From contig CAWJQI010000004.1 in NCBI GenBank assembly GCA_963845085.1, positions 320,001 through 384,000 of the forward strand: 64,000 bases of DNA. The letters run 5' to 3'. Position numbers and translations under genes: made by a program. The number at the start of each line of letters is the position of its first letter. Positions within the stretch are counted from its first letter, which is position 1. The stretch is from Candidatus Fermentibacterota bacterium. Lineage in GTDB: Bacteria > Fermentibacterota > Fermentibacteria > Fermentibacterales > JCC-6. The notes beneath the pieces were generated by a model. That model was given only the letters and a program-made list of their open reading frames with translations. It was not told the origin of the DNA and did no database searches. Positions 38,794 through 47,479 of this stretch are shown here, piece by piece.

Positions 38794-41232
38794 CTACCAG
38801 CGATAGTCAAGCTGGAAACGCAAGCCATACTCAACCAGGCGGTCGGTAAAATCGCCCGGTACCGTCTCATCGCCTCCCCCGAAGTGATACGAATCGTCGG
38901 GGTCGGGACGGTAGAAACCGTTGTGCGGATAGCAGGTTTCCTTTCTCAGAAACCTCATCCTGAGCTGAATGCTGTCGGAGAGGACGTTTTTCAGCGTGAG
39001 GTAGAACTTCGTGCCCCTGCCGTCGAGAAAGTCGATGCCCGCATCCTCGAACTCCCACTGGCTCATCCCGTTCGTCGTCCAGAGAGTCGCGCCTCCAAGG
39101 AGGGACATGTCCCCGCTGAAGTCGTGCTCCCACTGCAGGCTGACAAAGCCCCCGTCCATGAGCCTGTCATCCCCGTAAAGGGGGTTCGGCGCGAGTTCGA
39201 CCATTCCGTACCGCAGGGACACGCTCACGTAGTCCCCGCCGGTGGGAAGGATGAACGTTCTGAATGTGTACTCGGAGGTCCGGGAGTCAGTGTCGAGAGC
39301 TTCCTTCGGTTTGTACTTGTCCTGAAACTTGTATTTGAGCCTGAAGCGAACCGGCCACACCGGCCGGTACTCAACCTCGCCCTGGAACCTGAGGTTTCCG
39401 GTGTCATGCGGGAGGGTCCTCCACAGATCGAGGTAAACCTTGGTGAATGTGATCCGGCCGCTCAGCTGGTACCTGGTCTCAAGGTAAACGCCCTCCTCGG
39501 GCTTTGGGACGGGCAGGCCGGCAAGCTGGCCGTAGAGGGGGTCGTTAAATCTGTAGGGGCTCTCGAACACGGTGTCATCAAACCTCAGTTGCTCCGTGAA
39601 ACCGCGGTTGTACGGATTTGTGAAGCCGGGTTCGTAACGGCGGTAGATGCAGGTAACGTAATGCCAGTCATTCCTCCAGTCCGCCCTTGCCAGCCCTGCC
39701 GCAGCTCCGTTGTCCTGAAGCGCAAGCTCGCCCTCCAGACTCAACCTGTCCAGAACGGTCTGGCCGCAGAAGCCCGTGAAGTCCATCCGGTCGCCCGAGG
39801 GCATGAGCGAATACTCCGGACAATCCCAGACGTAGCCGTCATTCGGAATATCCAGGGTTTCCTCGTCGGGGTTGAGGGAATCGCCGTATGCAACGCTCAT
39901 GAAACCTGCTCCAAGCGCCGTCCCGACAGGAAGGCGACCGCCGAGGTCGATGAACCCGTAGGCGCCCGCTGTTGTTTCGTCAATCATGCCTGAAGTGGCT
40001 TCCGTTCTGAAACGGCTCTGAATCAGAACATTGGGGGTCCCGTCGGGGTTCATCACCGCGTCCCGCCTGTTCCACGAGCCGAACCCGTAAAGTATGAAGT
40101 CGCCGGTCCTGACCTCGACGGCGCCGCCCGAGAGGGCATGCTGCCGTGTGGCGGTCAGGTCCGGCATCAGACCCCAGCTCCTCTGGGTGTTCCTGTATCG
40201 GAGTTCATCGGTGTTGTCCATAAAAAGCCCCTGCCCGAGGCTCAGGCGGTAATTGCCCACCAGTATTCTTCTTACCGCACCCTCCGGACGCCACTCGGCG
40301 AACACCTTTGCCGTTTCGAAGCCGCCTTCCGTCTCAAGTTCGTTGGTGAATGTGAAGAGGGGGCCTTCGACGGCGGTCGCGGATCGATCCCTTGAAAACC
40401 TTATGCCCGCCTGAAAGCTCCCGCCGGTGCTGAAGCGGAGTTTGTGGCTGAAGCCCGGCCTGTCGCGCGAGGCCAGAAGGGTCTCCCTTTCGGCAAGCAG
40501 CTGTCCGGCGAGGGCAGCGCTGTCAACCGGGCTTCCGGAATAGTCCCTGGAACCATCCGAAAGGGCTGTGATGGCGGATTCGACCTCGGAGATCATTCCC
40601 TCAAGGTTCTCGTCGATCCCGTCCCTTCCCGAGCCACCCGAGAAGACGAATCTGTAGTTTCCTCCGAAACCGGAACGGACAGAGGGCCCGGCCGACACGA
40701 AGTCCCTCATGTTCCGCCAGGCGAAGTGGGTCAGATTGTCCGTGTCCCTCAGGGAGGTGATGCTGCCGGGAGCGCCGGTGCTTCTGAGCCTGGCATCCAC
40801 CGCCGCGGCATCGATCAGGCTGACACCGTCAAGACCGCGAAGGTCCCAGTGCGTGGCCCGCTCGAGCGGCAACGGTCTTTCGAGAAGGTCCTCCCAGTAC
40901 TCGACCTCGGAGGCGCCCGGGCCGTCTTCCTGGGAGAGTTTGTCCATAACGTCCATGATCTGCGGGCTGATCCTTCCTGCTTCGGGCGGAAGCACCACTG
41001 TGTTGCCGATCAGCCATTCCAGCGTTTCCGGGTCGAACCCGGGTATGGACAGCACTTCGTAGATGTTCTCGAGCCCCCCGGTCTCAAGGATGTATGCATG
41101 AAGGGCGAGAGCCTGAGAATCCGTCAGACCCGGCAGATCCAGAAGCTCCTGAAGGCGGGCGGAGTTAAGGTCGGGCCCGGTCATCCCGAAGGCCGAGAGG
41201 ACGAGAAGAATGGCGGGAAGGCTAGAACGCAT
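38794..41232 (-). CDS. ComEA-type helix-hairpin-helix protein fused to an outer-membrane beta-barrel
   Basis: DLNSARLQELLDLPGLT..QA...GGLENIYEVLSIPGF; second degenerate HhH (LERATHWDLRGLDGVS); ILVGNYRLSLGQGL; C-terminal beta-signal LRFQLDYRW. Confidence 0.8.
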   Translation of the reverse strand: MRSSLPAILLVLSAFGMTGPDLNSARLQELLDLPGLTDSQALALHAYILETGGLENIYEVLSIPGFDPETLEWLIGNTVVLPPEAGRISPQIMDVMDKLSQEDGPGASEVEYWEDLLERPLPLERATHWDLRGLDGVSLIDAAAVDARLRSTGAPGSITSLRDTDNLTHFAWRNMRDFVSAGPSVRSGFGGNYRFVFSGGSGRDGIDENLEGMISEVESAITALSDGSRDYSGSPVDSAALAGQLLAERETLLASRDRPGFSHKLRFSTGGSFQAGIRFSRDRSATAVEGPLFTFTNELETEGGFETAKVFAEWRPEGAVRRILVGNYRLSLGQGLFMDNTDELRYRNTQRSWGLMPDLTATRQHALSGGAVEVRTGDFILYGFGSWNRRDAVMNPDGTPNVLIQSRFRTEATSGMIDETTAGAYGFIDLGGRLPVGTALGAGFMSVAYGDSLNPDEETLDIPNDGYVWDCPEYSLMPSGDRMDFTGFCGQTVLDRLSLEGELALQDNGAAAGLARADWRNDWHYVTCIYRRYEPGFTNPYNRGFTEQLRFDDTVFESPYRFNDPLYGQLAGLPVPKPEEGVYLETRYQLSGRITFTKVYLDLWRTLPHDTGNLRFQGEVEYRPVWPVRFRLKYKFQDKYKPKEALDTDSRTSEYTFRTFILPTGGDYVSVSLRYGMVELAPNPLYGDDRLMDGGFVSLQWEHDFSGDMSLLGGATLWTTNGMSQWEFEDAGIDFLDGRGTKFYLTLKNVLSDSIQLRMRFLRKETCYPHNGFYRPDPDDSYHFGGGDETVPGDFTDRLVEYGLRFQLDYRW

Positions 41233-42040
41233 ACCTGACCCCCGCCTGATGGGTGGGGCTCAGCCGGGAATGGGTTTCGACGGCGTAGGAGAAAACAACA
41301 CCGGACACCTCGGCACTGAAGCCTCCGGAAACCGCTGCGGGCCCGCTTCTGGCTCCGGCGAACAGAGTGAGCGGACCAAGCGGCAGGGCCTGCCCCACAC
41401 GAAGCACGGTGCTTTCGAAATCGCGCGACAGCGCGAGGGCGCTTGCCATGCCGGGCAGGGGTTCGTACCTCACACCCAGGTCCATCCGGTTCCCGAGGTG
41501 CTCGCCGCCCTGCCCGATCCTCGCCTCGAAAGGGTTCCGCAGACATGCGCCAACGCTCCACCTGTCGAATACCCTTGCCTGAAGGCCCGCCGTCATGTCC
41601 ATTGTCCATGCGCTTCCATAACTGCCGACGCCGTCGGAGATCGACACCCTTCCCAGAACAGGCTGAAACCCGACGGCAAAGTCCTCCGACAACAGAAACG
41701 AGGCCGTGACGTGTACAAGCTGTTCCGAATAAAGCTCTCCCCCGAACCATCTCATCCCGCCGCCAAGGGTCCAGCCCCCGGGGAGTGGATGGGCAAGATC
41801 AGCGCCGGCCGTTGCGAAATCGGTCAAACTGTATGGCAGCCTTGCTGCTGCTGACGCCGAAGCCCTCGTTTCGAAGGATATCGAGGCAGGGTTCCAGCAG
41901 ATCCCGGAAAGCCCGGGCATCACAACTCCGGTTCCTCCCATTGCCCTGCACTCGGTTCCCAGTTCAAGTTCTTCAAAGGCTGCCGCGGCCACCCCTGCCA
42001 AAAGCAGAACGATGATCGAATGAAACACAAACGCTCTCAT
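41222..42040 (-). CDS. PorV/PorQ-like outer-membrane beta-barrel protein
   Basis: Signal peptide; G..CRAMGGTG...WNPASI; ends FSYAVETHSRLSPTHQAGVRYAF. Confidence 0.7.
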   Translation of the reverse strand: MRAFVFHSIIVLLLAGVAAAAFEELELGTECRAMGGTGVVMPGLSGICWNPASISFETRASASAAARLPYSLTDFATAGADLAHPLPGGWTLGGGMRWFGGELYSEQLVHVTASFLLSEDFAVGFQPVLGRVSISDGVGSYGSAWTMDMTAGLQARVFDRWSVGACLRNPFEARIGQGGEHLGNRMDLGVRYEPLPGMASALALSRDFESTVLRVGQALPLGPLTLFAGARSGPAAVSGGFSAEVSGVVFSYAVETHSRLSPTHQAGVRYAF

Positions 42041-42049
42041 GTCGTCCCC

Positions 42050-43057
42050 TTACCGAAGCGGGGAGGCCACTACGACTGTCTCCGTCGTTGTGAGCCTTTC
42101 CCCGGCGGGGGTGGTTCCTTCAAGGAGCAGAACGTACTGCCCCATCGGCAGAATTTCGTACGAGTCGCCCCGGCCGTCCCAGACTGTCACGTCACCGGCT
42201 GGCATGTTCTCGGCGAGTCGTGCGACCGCCCTGCCGCACCTGTCAAAAACGGTCAGGTCGAGAAGGGTGCCGGAAGGCCCTCCGTACGTGATCGAAACAA
42301 CCTCGCCGAGTGAAGGTGCGAACGGATTGCCCTGCACATCGAGGTGAAACGTTGCCGGGATCGAGGGGTCGTACACCTCAAGGTCCTGCTGGTAGCGCGG
42401 AAGCAGCTGGTAACCGGTCGAATACGGGGGCTCGGACGAGTACTGGCCCGAGATCCCGGTCATGACCAGCCTTGTTCCGGGGGAGATGCCCGAAACGTCG
42501 ATCCCCGTGGTCTCATTCACCCTGACAGCGATGAGCGCGTTTCCGTTCCAGGCGCTGAAATTCCAGCCGCCGCCCGACATGGAGGGGGTGTCGATCACCG
42601 TCGCCCAGTGTTCACCTGCAATGTCGCCGACGACGACAAGCATCCCCTCCAACGCCTCACCGATGTTCCTGTGCCTTGATAGGTACAGTGGTTCGGGCGC
42701 ACCGGGGCTTCCGATCAGCTCGAAGTCGGACGGGTCTCCCGGCGAGATCTCGGTCAGGCCGTTATAGAACATTATCTCGCCGGTGATCCGGTACTCGTCA
42801 CCCGCGTTGATCTCACCAGGCGAGGCCTGGCTGTAGGCGTACACGTTTATGCCTGCCGTGTCATCCTGAACGAAAAAGCTGAGCCCCGTTGTCGAGAAAA
42901 GCATGCCCTCGCAAGTGGCAACGGCCTGGATCGTGACGGTCTGTCCCAGAAGGTCGGGTATTCCGTTCCCGTCCGAATCCGCCCTGGCGTCGGCCACGGT
43001 CAAAACCTGTGCCCACAACCGGCAGGCCACCACCGCGGGAACCAGGAATCGTTTCAT
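42050..43057 (-). CDS. secreted tandem OB-fold protein with FlgD-like C-terminal domain
   Basis: GQTVTIQAV, FFVQDDTAGINVY, GDEYRITGEI.FYNGLTEI, YQLLPR..DL (YhcR/ExeM-type OB folds); NPFAP...VFDRCGR...WDGR...GQYVL. Confidence 0.7.
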   Translation of the reverse strand: MKRFLVPAVVACRLWAQVLTVADARADSDGNGIPDLLGQTVTIQAVATCEGMLFSTTGLSFFVQDDTAGINVYAYSQASPGEINAGDEYRITGEIMFYNGLTEISPGDPSDFELIGSPGAPEPLYLSRHRNIGEALEGMLVVVGDIAGEHWATVIDTPSMSGGGWNFSAWNGNALIAVRVNETTGIDVSGISPGTRLVMTGISGQYSSEPPYSTGYQLLPRYQQDLEVYDPSIPATFHLDVQGNPFAPSLGEVVSITYGGPSGTLLDLTVFDRCGRAVARLAENMPAGDVTVWDGRGDSYEILPMGQYVLLLEGTTPAGERLTTTETVVVASPLR

Positions 43058-43067
43058 TCAAACCCCC

Positions 43068-44393
43068 TCAGCGTTCATTTTCGAGCCGGATCTCGGCATC
43101 GGTGAGGGACGCAGCCCTGTCCAACGCCTCCTCCGGCTCCATCCTTCCGTAAAGCACGATCTCGAGAGCTTCCGACAGGAACTCCCTGCCATCGTACCAG
43201 GCGATGGTCTGGGGTTCGTACAGCGCTGTCTCCACCTGTGCTACCACAGCGTAAAGGCCCGGGTACTCGATGAACTTCTCCTGCATGAGGGGATGATCGA
43301 GGCTTGACCTCCTTGCGGGAAGATAGCCGCTTCCGGCTGACCACCGTGCCTGCTGCACGGGCTCGGTAAACCATCGGATGAATTCCCAGCCGGCCTCCAC
43401 GACGCGCGGGTCCTCATTGCGGAAAAGCACCACATTGGTTCCCGCGATGTAGACCCTTCGATAATCATCACCCGGCAGGGGCGCAACGCCCACCGTGAAT
43501 ACGGGTTCTCCGGCCGCCCTTCTCCGCTCCATCTCCTGCTCCATGAAGGCCAGGCTTGTGACCGATCCCTGGACCTGCCCGAGCCCGCCTTCGAGAAAGT
43601 TCCTCTGGTGGTCGAAGCCCGACGAAAGGTAAGCGGTTCCATCGACATGAATGAGGCATGCCAGGTACTCGAGCGCCTCAACGCCCTCGGGTCCGTTGAA
43701 TGCAGCCCTTGTGCCGGAATCGCCAAGCAGGGCGCCTCCGGCCTGGGCGAGGAGGCATTCGAAGGTCCAGACGCTCGGGCTGAAGGCCGTACCCCATCTG
43801 TCGCCGGCGTCAAGCAGGTCGCCGTCGCCGTTGGCATCAAGGCAGAGCGCCCTCAGAAGCTGTCTCTGTTCATCCCATGTGGCCGCCGGAACAAGCCCGA
43901 GCCTGCGGTACAGGTCTGCATCGTAGTAGACCAGCGGAACGCTCTTGTTGAATGGAAAGCTGTAGATGCGCCCGTCATAGGTGTTGTTGTCCCTGAAGAC
44001 CGGGAAGAAATCGTTCCAGTCATCCCGGCTGTAGAGGGTGTCGGCTTCCATCAATGAGTCAAGCGGGACCACAACTCCTCCGCGGATGAGCTGCGCTGTC
44101 CAGGTTTCGTAGGCCTGTGCGATGACGGGAGGTGAGCCTGCCATGACCGAAGCCATGATCTTCTGGCTGAGGGCGCGGTAGTTGCCCATGTTGACGGGGA
44201 TCACCCGGATCTCCGGATGAGTGCTGTTGAAATCGGCGATCAGGGAATCCTCAAGCACATCGCCGAGCGGCCCGCCCATGGCGTGCCAGAAAACAACTTC
44301 GACCGGCCCGTCCGCGCCGCCACGACCACCGCAGCCGCACAGCAGGCAGGCGAAGGCCATATAAAGCGTCCTGGCTCTCAGCGGAACCTCCAT
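43068..44393 (-). CDS. ABC transporter substrate-binding lipoprotein (UgpB/carbohydrate family 1)
   Basis: Lipobox LLCGC; VFWHAMGG, DFNSTHPEI, PFNKS.PLVYY, AGWEFIRWF, SGYLPAR; start codon uncertain. Confidence 0.85.
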   Translation of the reverse strand: MEVPLRARTLYMAFACLLCGCGGRGGADGPVEVVFWHAMGGPLGDVLEDSLIADFNSTHPEIRVIPVNMGNYRALSQKIMASVMAGSPPVIAQAYETWTAQLIRGGVVVPLDSLMEADTLYSRDDWNDFFPVFRDNNTYDGRIYSFPFNKSVPLVYYDADLYRRLGLVPAATWDEQRQLLRALCLDANGDGDLLDAGDRWGTAFSPSVWTFECLLAQAGGALLGDSGTRAAFNGPEGVEALEYLACLIHVDGTAYLSSGFDHQRNFLEGGLGQVQGSVTSLAFMEQEMERRRAAGEPVFTVGVAPLPGDDYRRVYIAGTNVVLFRNEDPRVVEAGWEFIRWFTEPVQQARWSAGSGYLPARRSSLDHPLMQEKFIEYPGLYAVVAQVETALYEPQTIAWYDGREFLSEALEIVLYGRMEPEEALDRAASLTDAEIRLENER

Positions 44394-44539
44394 CTCCGGG
44401 AAAAGCGATGCGGTAAGATGCAGCACCGCCGGATTCGGGACAAGAAGCGGCATGCCCTTTTCAAGGTGATTGGACGCGGTTATAATAAAAACTCATTTTT
44501 GTATGGGTTTGATGGCCGAGCGCCTTTGGGGGGGATTGC

Positions 44540-45025
44540 GTGAAACCGGCTTATGCCTTGTCCTGCCTTCTCCTTGCTGCCTGTAACGGCCCAGGCGACC
44601 CGGCCGATGCACTTGACGCCTTCTTCGACGCGGCGAAGGAAGGGAAGGGTGAACTCGCTGTTTCGTACCTTTCGGGCGAGGCAATCGACTCCCTTGGTGC
44701 GGGATTGAACCTTGCGGAGATGAGGGGCAACCCTGAACGCGCCTCCTCAATGCTGGCGTCGTATGGAATTGCCATTTCTGAGGCCGAGTTGGACACGATC
44801 ACGACGGGGCCTCTGCTGGAACGGCTTGTTGAATCGCCTCTTTTCGAAGGCTTGATGGAGGATGCGTTACTTGAGACCGAAGGTGTTTCCATTGAAGGCC
44901 GGAGGGCAATTGTGAACGCCACCGTTGTCTTTCTTGGAGATACCACGACGGGTGCTGTGGAAATGGTGCTTGAGAACAACCAGTGGAAGATCGGCAGCGA
45001 AGGTTTGCGCTTCGCGCTTTTGTGA
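44540..45025 (+). CDS. lipoprotein, DUF4878/NTF2-like
   Basis: Lipobox LAAC; P.DALDAFF...C-terminal MVLENNQWKI. Confidence 0.7.
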   Translation: MKPAYALSCLLLAACNGPGDPADALDAFFDAAKEGKGELAVSYLSGEAIDSLGAGLNLAEMRGNPERASSMLASYGIAISEAELDTITTGPLLERLVESPLFEGLMEDALLETEGVSIEGRRAIVNATVVFLGDTTTGAVEMVLENNQWKIGSEGLRFALL

Positions 45026-45051
45026 ACCCCAAAACGAACAGGAGAAAGACG

Positions 45052-45516
45052 ATGAAGAAGCTTCTCATTATCACGGCCATCGTGGCCATGATCGCTGGCT
45101 GCGGAGCCGCCATGGGTCCCAAGGCCACCGTTGAGAAGGCGTTCAATGCCCTTAAGACCGGCGACGGAAAGGCCCTCATCGAGTGCATGTCCGCAGAGCA
45201 GATCGCCGAACTGAACACCTCTATCGAGGAAATGAAGGCCAACCCCGAGGAATCCGCCCAGATGATGGCTTTCATCGGTGTCGAGGTTACCGCCGAAGAG
45301 ATCACCGCCCTTGATGCAGCCGGCTTCGTCACCCTCCTTCTTCAGTCGGAGATGTTCGGCGCCGAGTTCGCCGAGATGGAGATCACCTTCGGTGCCGAGA
45401 GGATCGAAGGCGAGCAGGCCTGGGTCGAGGTTACGACCGATGGCGAGACCGAGGAAGTAATGCTTGTGAAGGAAGACGGCCGCTGGGTCATCTCCGAAGG
45501 CTTCGACATGATGTAG
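45052..45516 (+). CDS. lipoprotein, DUF4878/NTF2-like (paralog of the previous gene)
   Basis: AGGAG RBS; lipobox IAGC; C-terminal LVKEDGRWVI. Confidence 0.75.
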   Translation: MKKLLIITAIVAMIAGCGAAMGPKATVEKAFNALKTGDGKALIECMSAEQIAELNTSIEEMKANPEESAQMMAFIGVEVTAEEITALDAAGFVTLLLQSEMFGAEFAEMEITFGAERIEGEQAWVEVTTDGETEEVMLVKEDGRWVISEGFDMM

Positions 45517-45536
45517 AACCGACTTTGTCGGTTCCT

Positions 45537-45565
45537 GGGGGCGGGTTCACCCGCCCCCTTTTTTT
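45537..45565 (+). terminator. intrinsic terminator
   Basis: GGGGGCGGG-TTCA-CCCGCCCCC followed by T7. Confidence 0.88.
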
Positions 45566-45603
45566 GTGATCACCGGATTGTACTGCCCCCGGGGGGGGCA
45601 GGA

Positions 45604-45855
45604 TCAGTCGCTCTTCTTGTGGCAGCCTTCGCAGCAGCCTGAGGACTTTCCAGTTTCAATGGGACAGGAGGACTTTTTCTTGTAATCGGTCTCGTAGAAA
45701 CCGCTACCCTTGAATATCAGTCCGGCGCCCGTTCCAATGAGCCTTCTGACAGGCCCTCCGCAGACCGGGCACTCACTGTCTGCAGTGTCGCTCATCTGCT
45801 GGAACTTCTCGTACCGGTGATGACACTTCTCACACACGTAATCGTAATGAGGCAT
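45604..45855 (-). CDS. FmdB family zinc-ribbon protein
   Basis: MPHYDYVCEKC...CPVCGG.VRRLI...FKGSGFYETDY. Confidence 0.9.
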   Translation of the reverse strand: MPHYDYVCEKCHHRYEKFQQMSDTADSECPVCGGPVRRLIGTGAGLIFKGSGFYETDYKKKSSCPIETGKSSGCCEGCHKKSD

Positions 45856-45963
45856 GTCTTCGCTCCGCTCCTACAGTTACTCCTGGTTTTTGAGGCACCG
45901 GTAATATACGAAACCGGAGGAAGGAATCCCCTGTCACACCCGGAAAGCGCGCATGGGCGGGCG

Positions 45964-46947
45964 TCAGCTCGAGGTGATGTCCTTCTTGAGACCGCCGCCC
46001 CCCGCGATGAGGCCGGCGACGATCACGGGAAGGAACTGGGTCGCGTGGAAGAGAATGGCCATCGCCTTGGCGCTGGCCTCGGGAATGCCTGTGACCACGG
46101 GAAAGACAACCCCGAGCAGATAATGGATGGTTCCCGTTCCGGCAGGTGTGGGAATGAGCATGCCAAGACCGGAAAGGATCAGCACCAGGGGCGCGGTGTT
46201 CCACTGAAAAGCCATTCCAAGGCTCCAGAAAACCGGAATTACCGAGATGGTCAGGCAGCCCCACACACCGGCGGAACACGCCACGGCCTTCAGCAGGTCC
46301 CGCGGGCTTTTCAAAACATCCAGGCCGGCCGCAAAACTCAGGAGCAACCGTTCCACCTTGTCCGCCGCTCCTGAAAAGCCGAGGAAACGAACAGGTTTGA
46401 CGAGGATCGCTGCGGTTTTGTCATGCCAGGCCCTCAAAGCTGCGAGAACGAGGAGCACGGCCAGGTAACCGACCCCGGCCATGATGAGGCCCGACCTGAT
46501 CGGCCCTGTGAGGTTCCCCCACATGGAAAGCATGACAAGCAGCGTCATGAAGGTCAGGGAAAGACCGTCAAAAAGCCTTGCCACAACAACCGTTGCAAAT
46601 GCCGAGGAAAACGGGACGGTGGTCTTTCGTGAGAGGAGGACCGCCCTGATCACCTCTCCCACCCTTCCGGGAAGGATGGCATTCAGCATGAAGGCCACCA
46701 GAACGGGGGGGGTGAGAATCCTGTAAGGGATCTTTTCCATGTGCCCCAGCAGCACTCTCCAACGAAGTATCCGGAACATGTAGCTGGCGGCAAGAAGGGG
46801 AAGCACAAGGAGAAGGGGGGCGAGCGATGCCGCTGAGACAACTTCGGCGAGCTCGGTCCAGGCGGTTTTCCTGAAGGCAAGCCAGAGGGTGGCCAGAGCA
46901 ATGACAAGCCCGACTGCGGTCCTCAGGATTACGTCACTCCTCCGCAA
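45964..46947 (-). CDS. lysylphosphatidylglycerol synthase TM domain (flippase-like, UPF0104) protein
   Basis: RILRWRVLL, NAILPGRVGEVIR, VVARLFD, IPTPAGTG; TTG start with GGAG RBS. Confidence 0.85.
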   Translation of the reverse strand: MRRSDVILRTAVGLVIALATLWLAFRKTAWTELAEVVSAASLAPLLLVLPLLAASYMFRILRWRVLLGHMEKIPYRILTPPVLVAFMLNAILPGRVGEVIRAVLLSRKTTVPFSSAFATVVVARLFDGLSLTFMTLLVMLSMWGNLTGPIRSGLIMAGVGYLAVLLVLAALRAWHDKTAAILVKPVRFLGFSGAADKVERLLLSFAAGLDVLKSPRDLLKAVACSAGVWGCLTISVIPVFWSLGMAFQWNTAPLVLILSGLGMLIPTPAGTGTIHYLLGVVFPVVTGIPEASAKAMAILFHATQFLPVIVAGLIAGGGGLKKDITSS

Positions 46948-47479
46948 GTGCCGACTCCAGTGCCTCGCAGAGCGCATGAAAGGCCACGAGCATGGCCTCC
47001 TGGGCATGACTGGTGACAGCGGACGGAGCCCGCCAGTGAAGGTCGGCCCAGGGAGCCTCCCTTCCGCCGGCCGTGAAGGCAACAACCTTCACTCCCCTGC
47101 GCCCGGCCTCCTCCGCGGCTGCCACCACGTTGGGGGAACAACCGCTTGTCGTTATGGCCACAAGCACGTCCCCCTCCCTCGCGAGGGCTTCCACCTGTCT
47201 GGAGAAAACCATTCCGAACCCGAAGTCGTTGGCCACCGCAGTGATCACCGCAGGGTCAACGGTCAGGGCGATGGCAGGAAGCGCCCGTCTGTCGCGGCGG
47301 AACCTTCCGATAAGCTCGCCTGCGAAATGGGATGCATCAGCCGCGCTTCCCCCGTTGCCGCAGACAAGTATCCGCCCGCCGCCCGCAATGGAAGCGGACA
47401 TGCAGCAGCAGATCTTCTCAAGGGTTTCCAGATCGAACATCTCAAGATTCCTTGAGGCTTCCTCGATGTACCTTCTCAT
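46934..47479 (-). CDS. gmhA: D-sedoheptulose 7-phosphate isomerase (SIS domain)
   Basis: CGNGGSAADASHFAGEL, ANDFGF..VFSRQV, TTSG.SPNV, QE...H. Confidence 0.85.
   Translation of the reverse strand: MRRYIEEASRNLEMFDLETLEKICCCMSASIAGGGRILVCGNGGSAADASHFAGELIGRFRRDRRALPAIALTVDPAVITAVANDFGFGMVFSRQVEALAREGDVLVAITTSGCSPNVVAAAEEAGRRGVKVVAFTAGGREAPWADLHWRAPSAVTSHAQEAMLVAFHALCEALESALAEE

Noticed and set aside
1543..45937. TGACAGGGG motif near the ppdK, ompA and fmdB upstream regions
   Set aside because: Orientation and spacing are inconsistent and it also occurs inside rfbD; insufficient for a regulator site.
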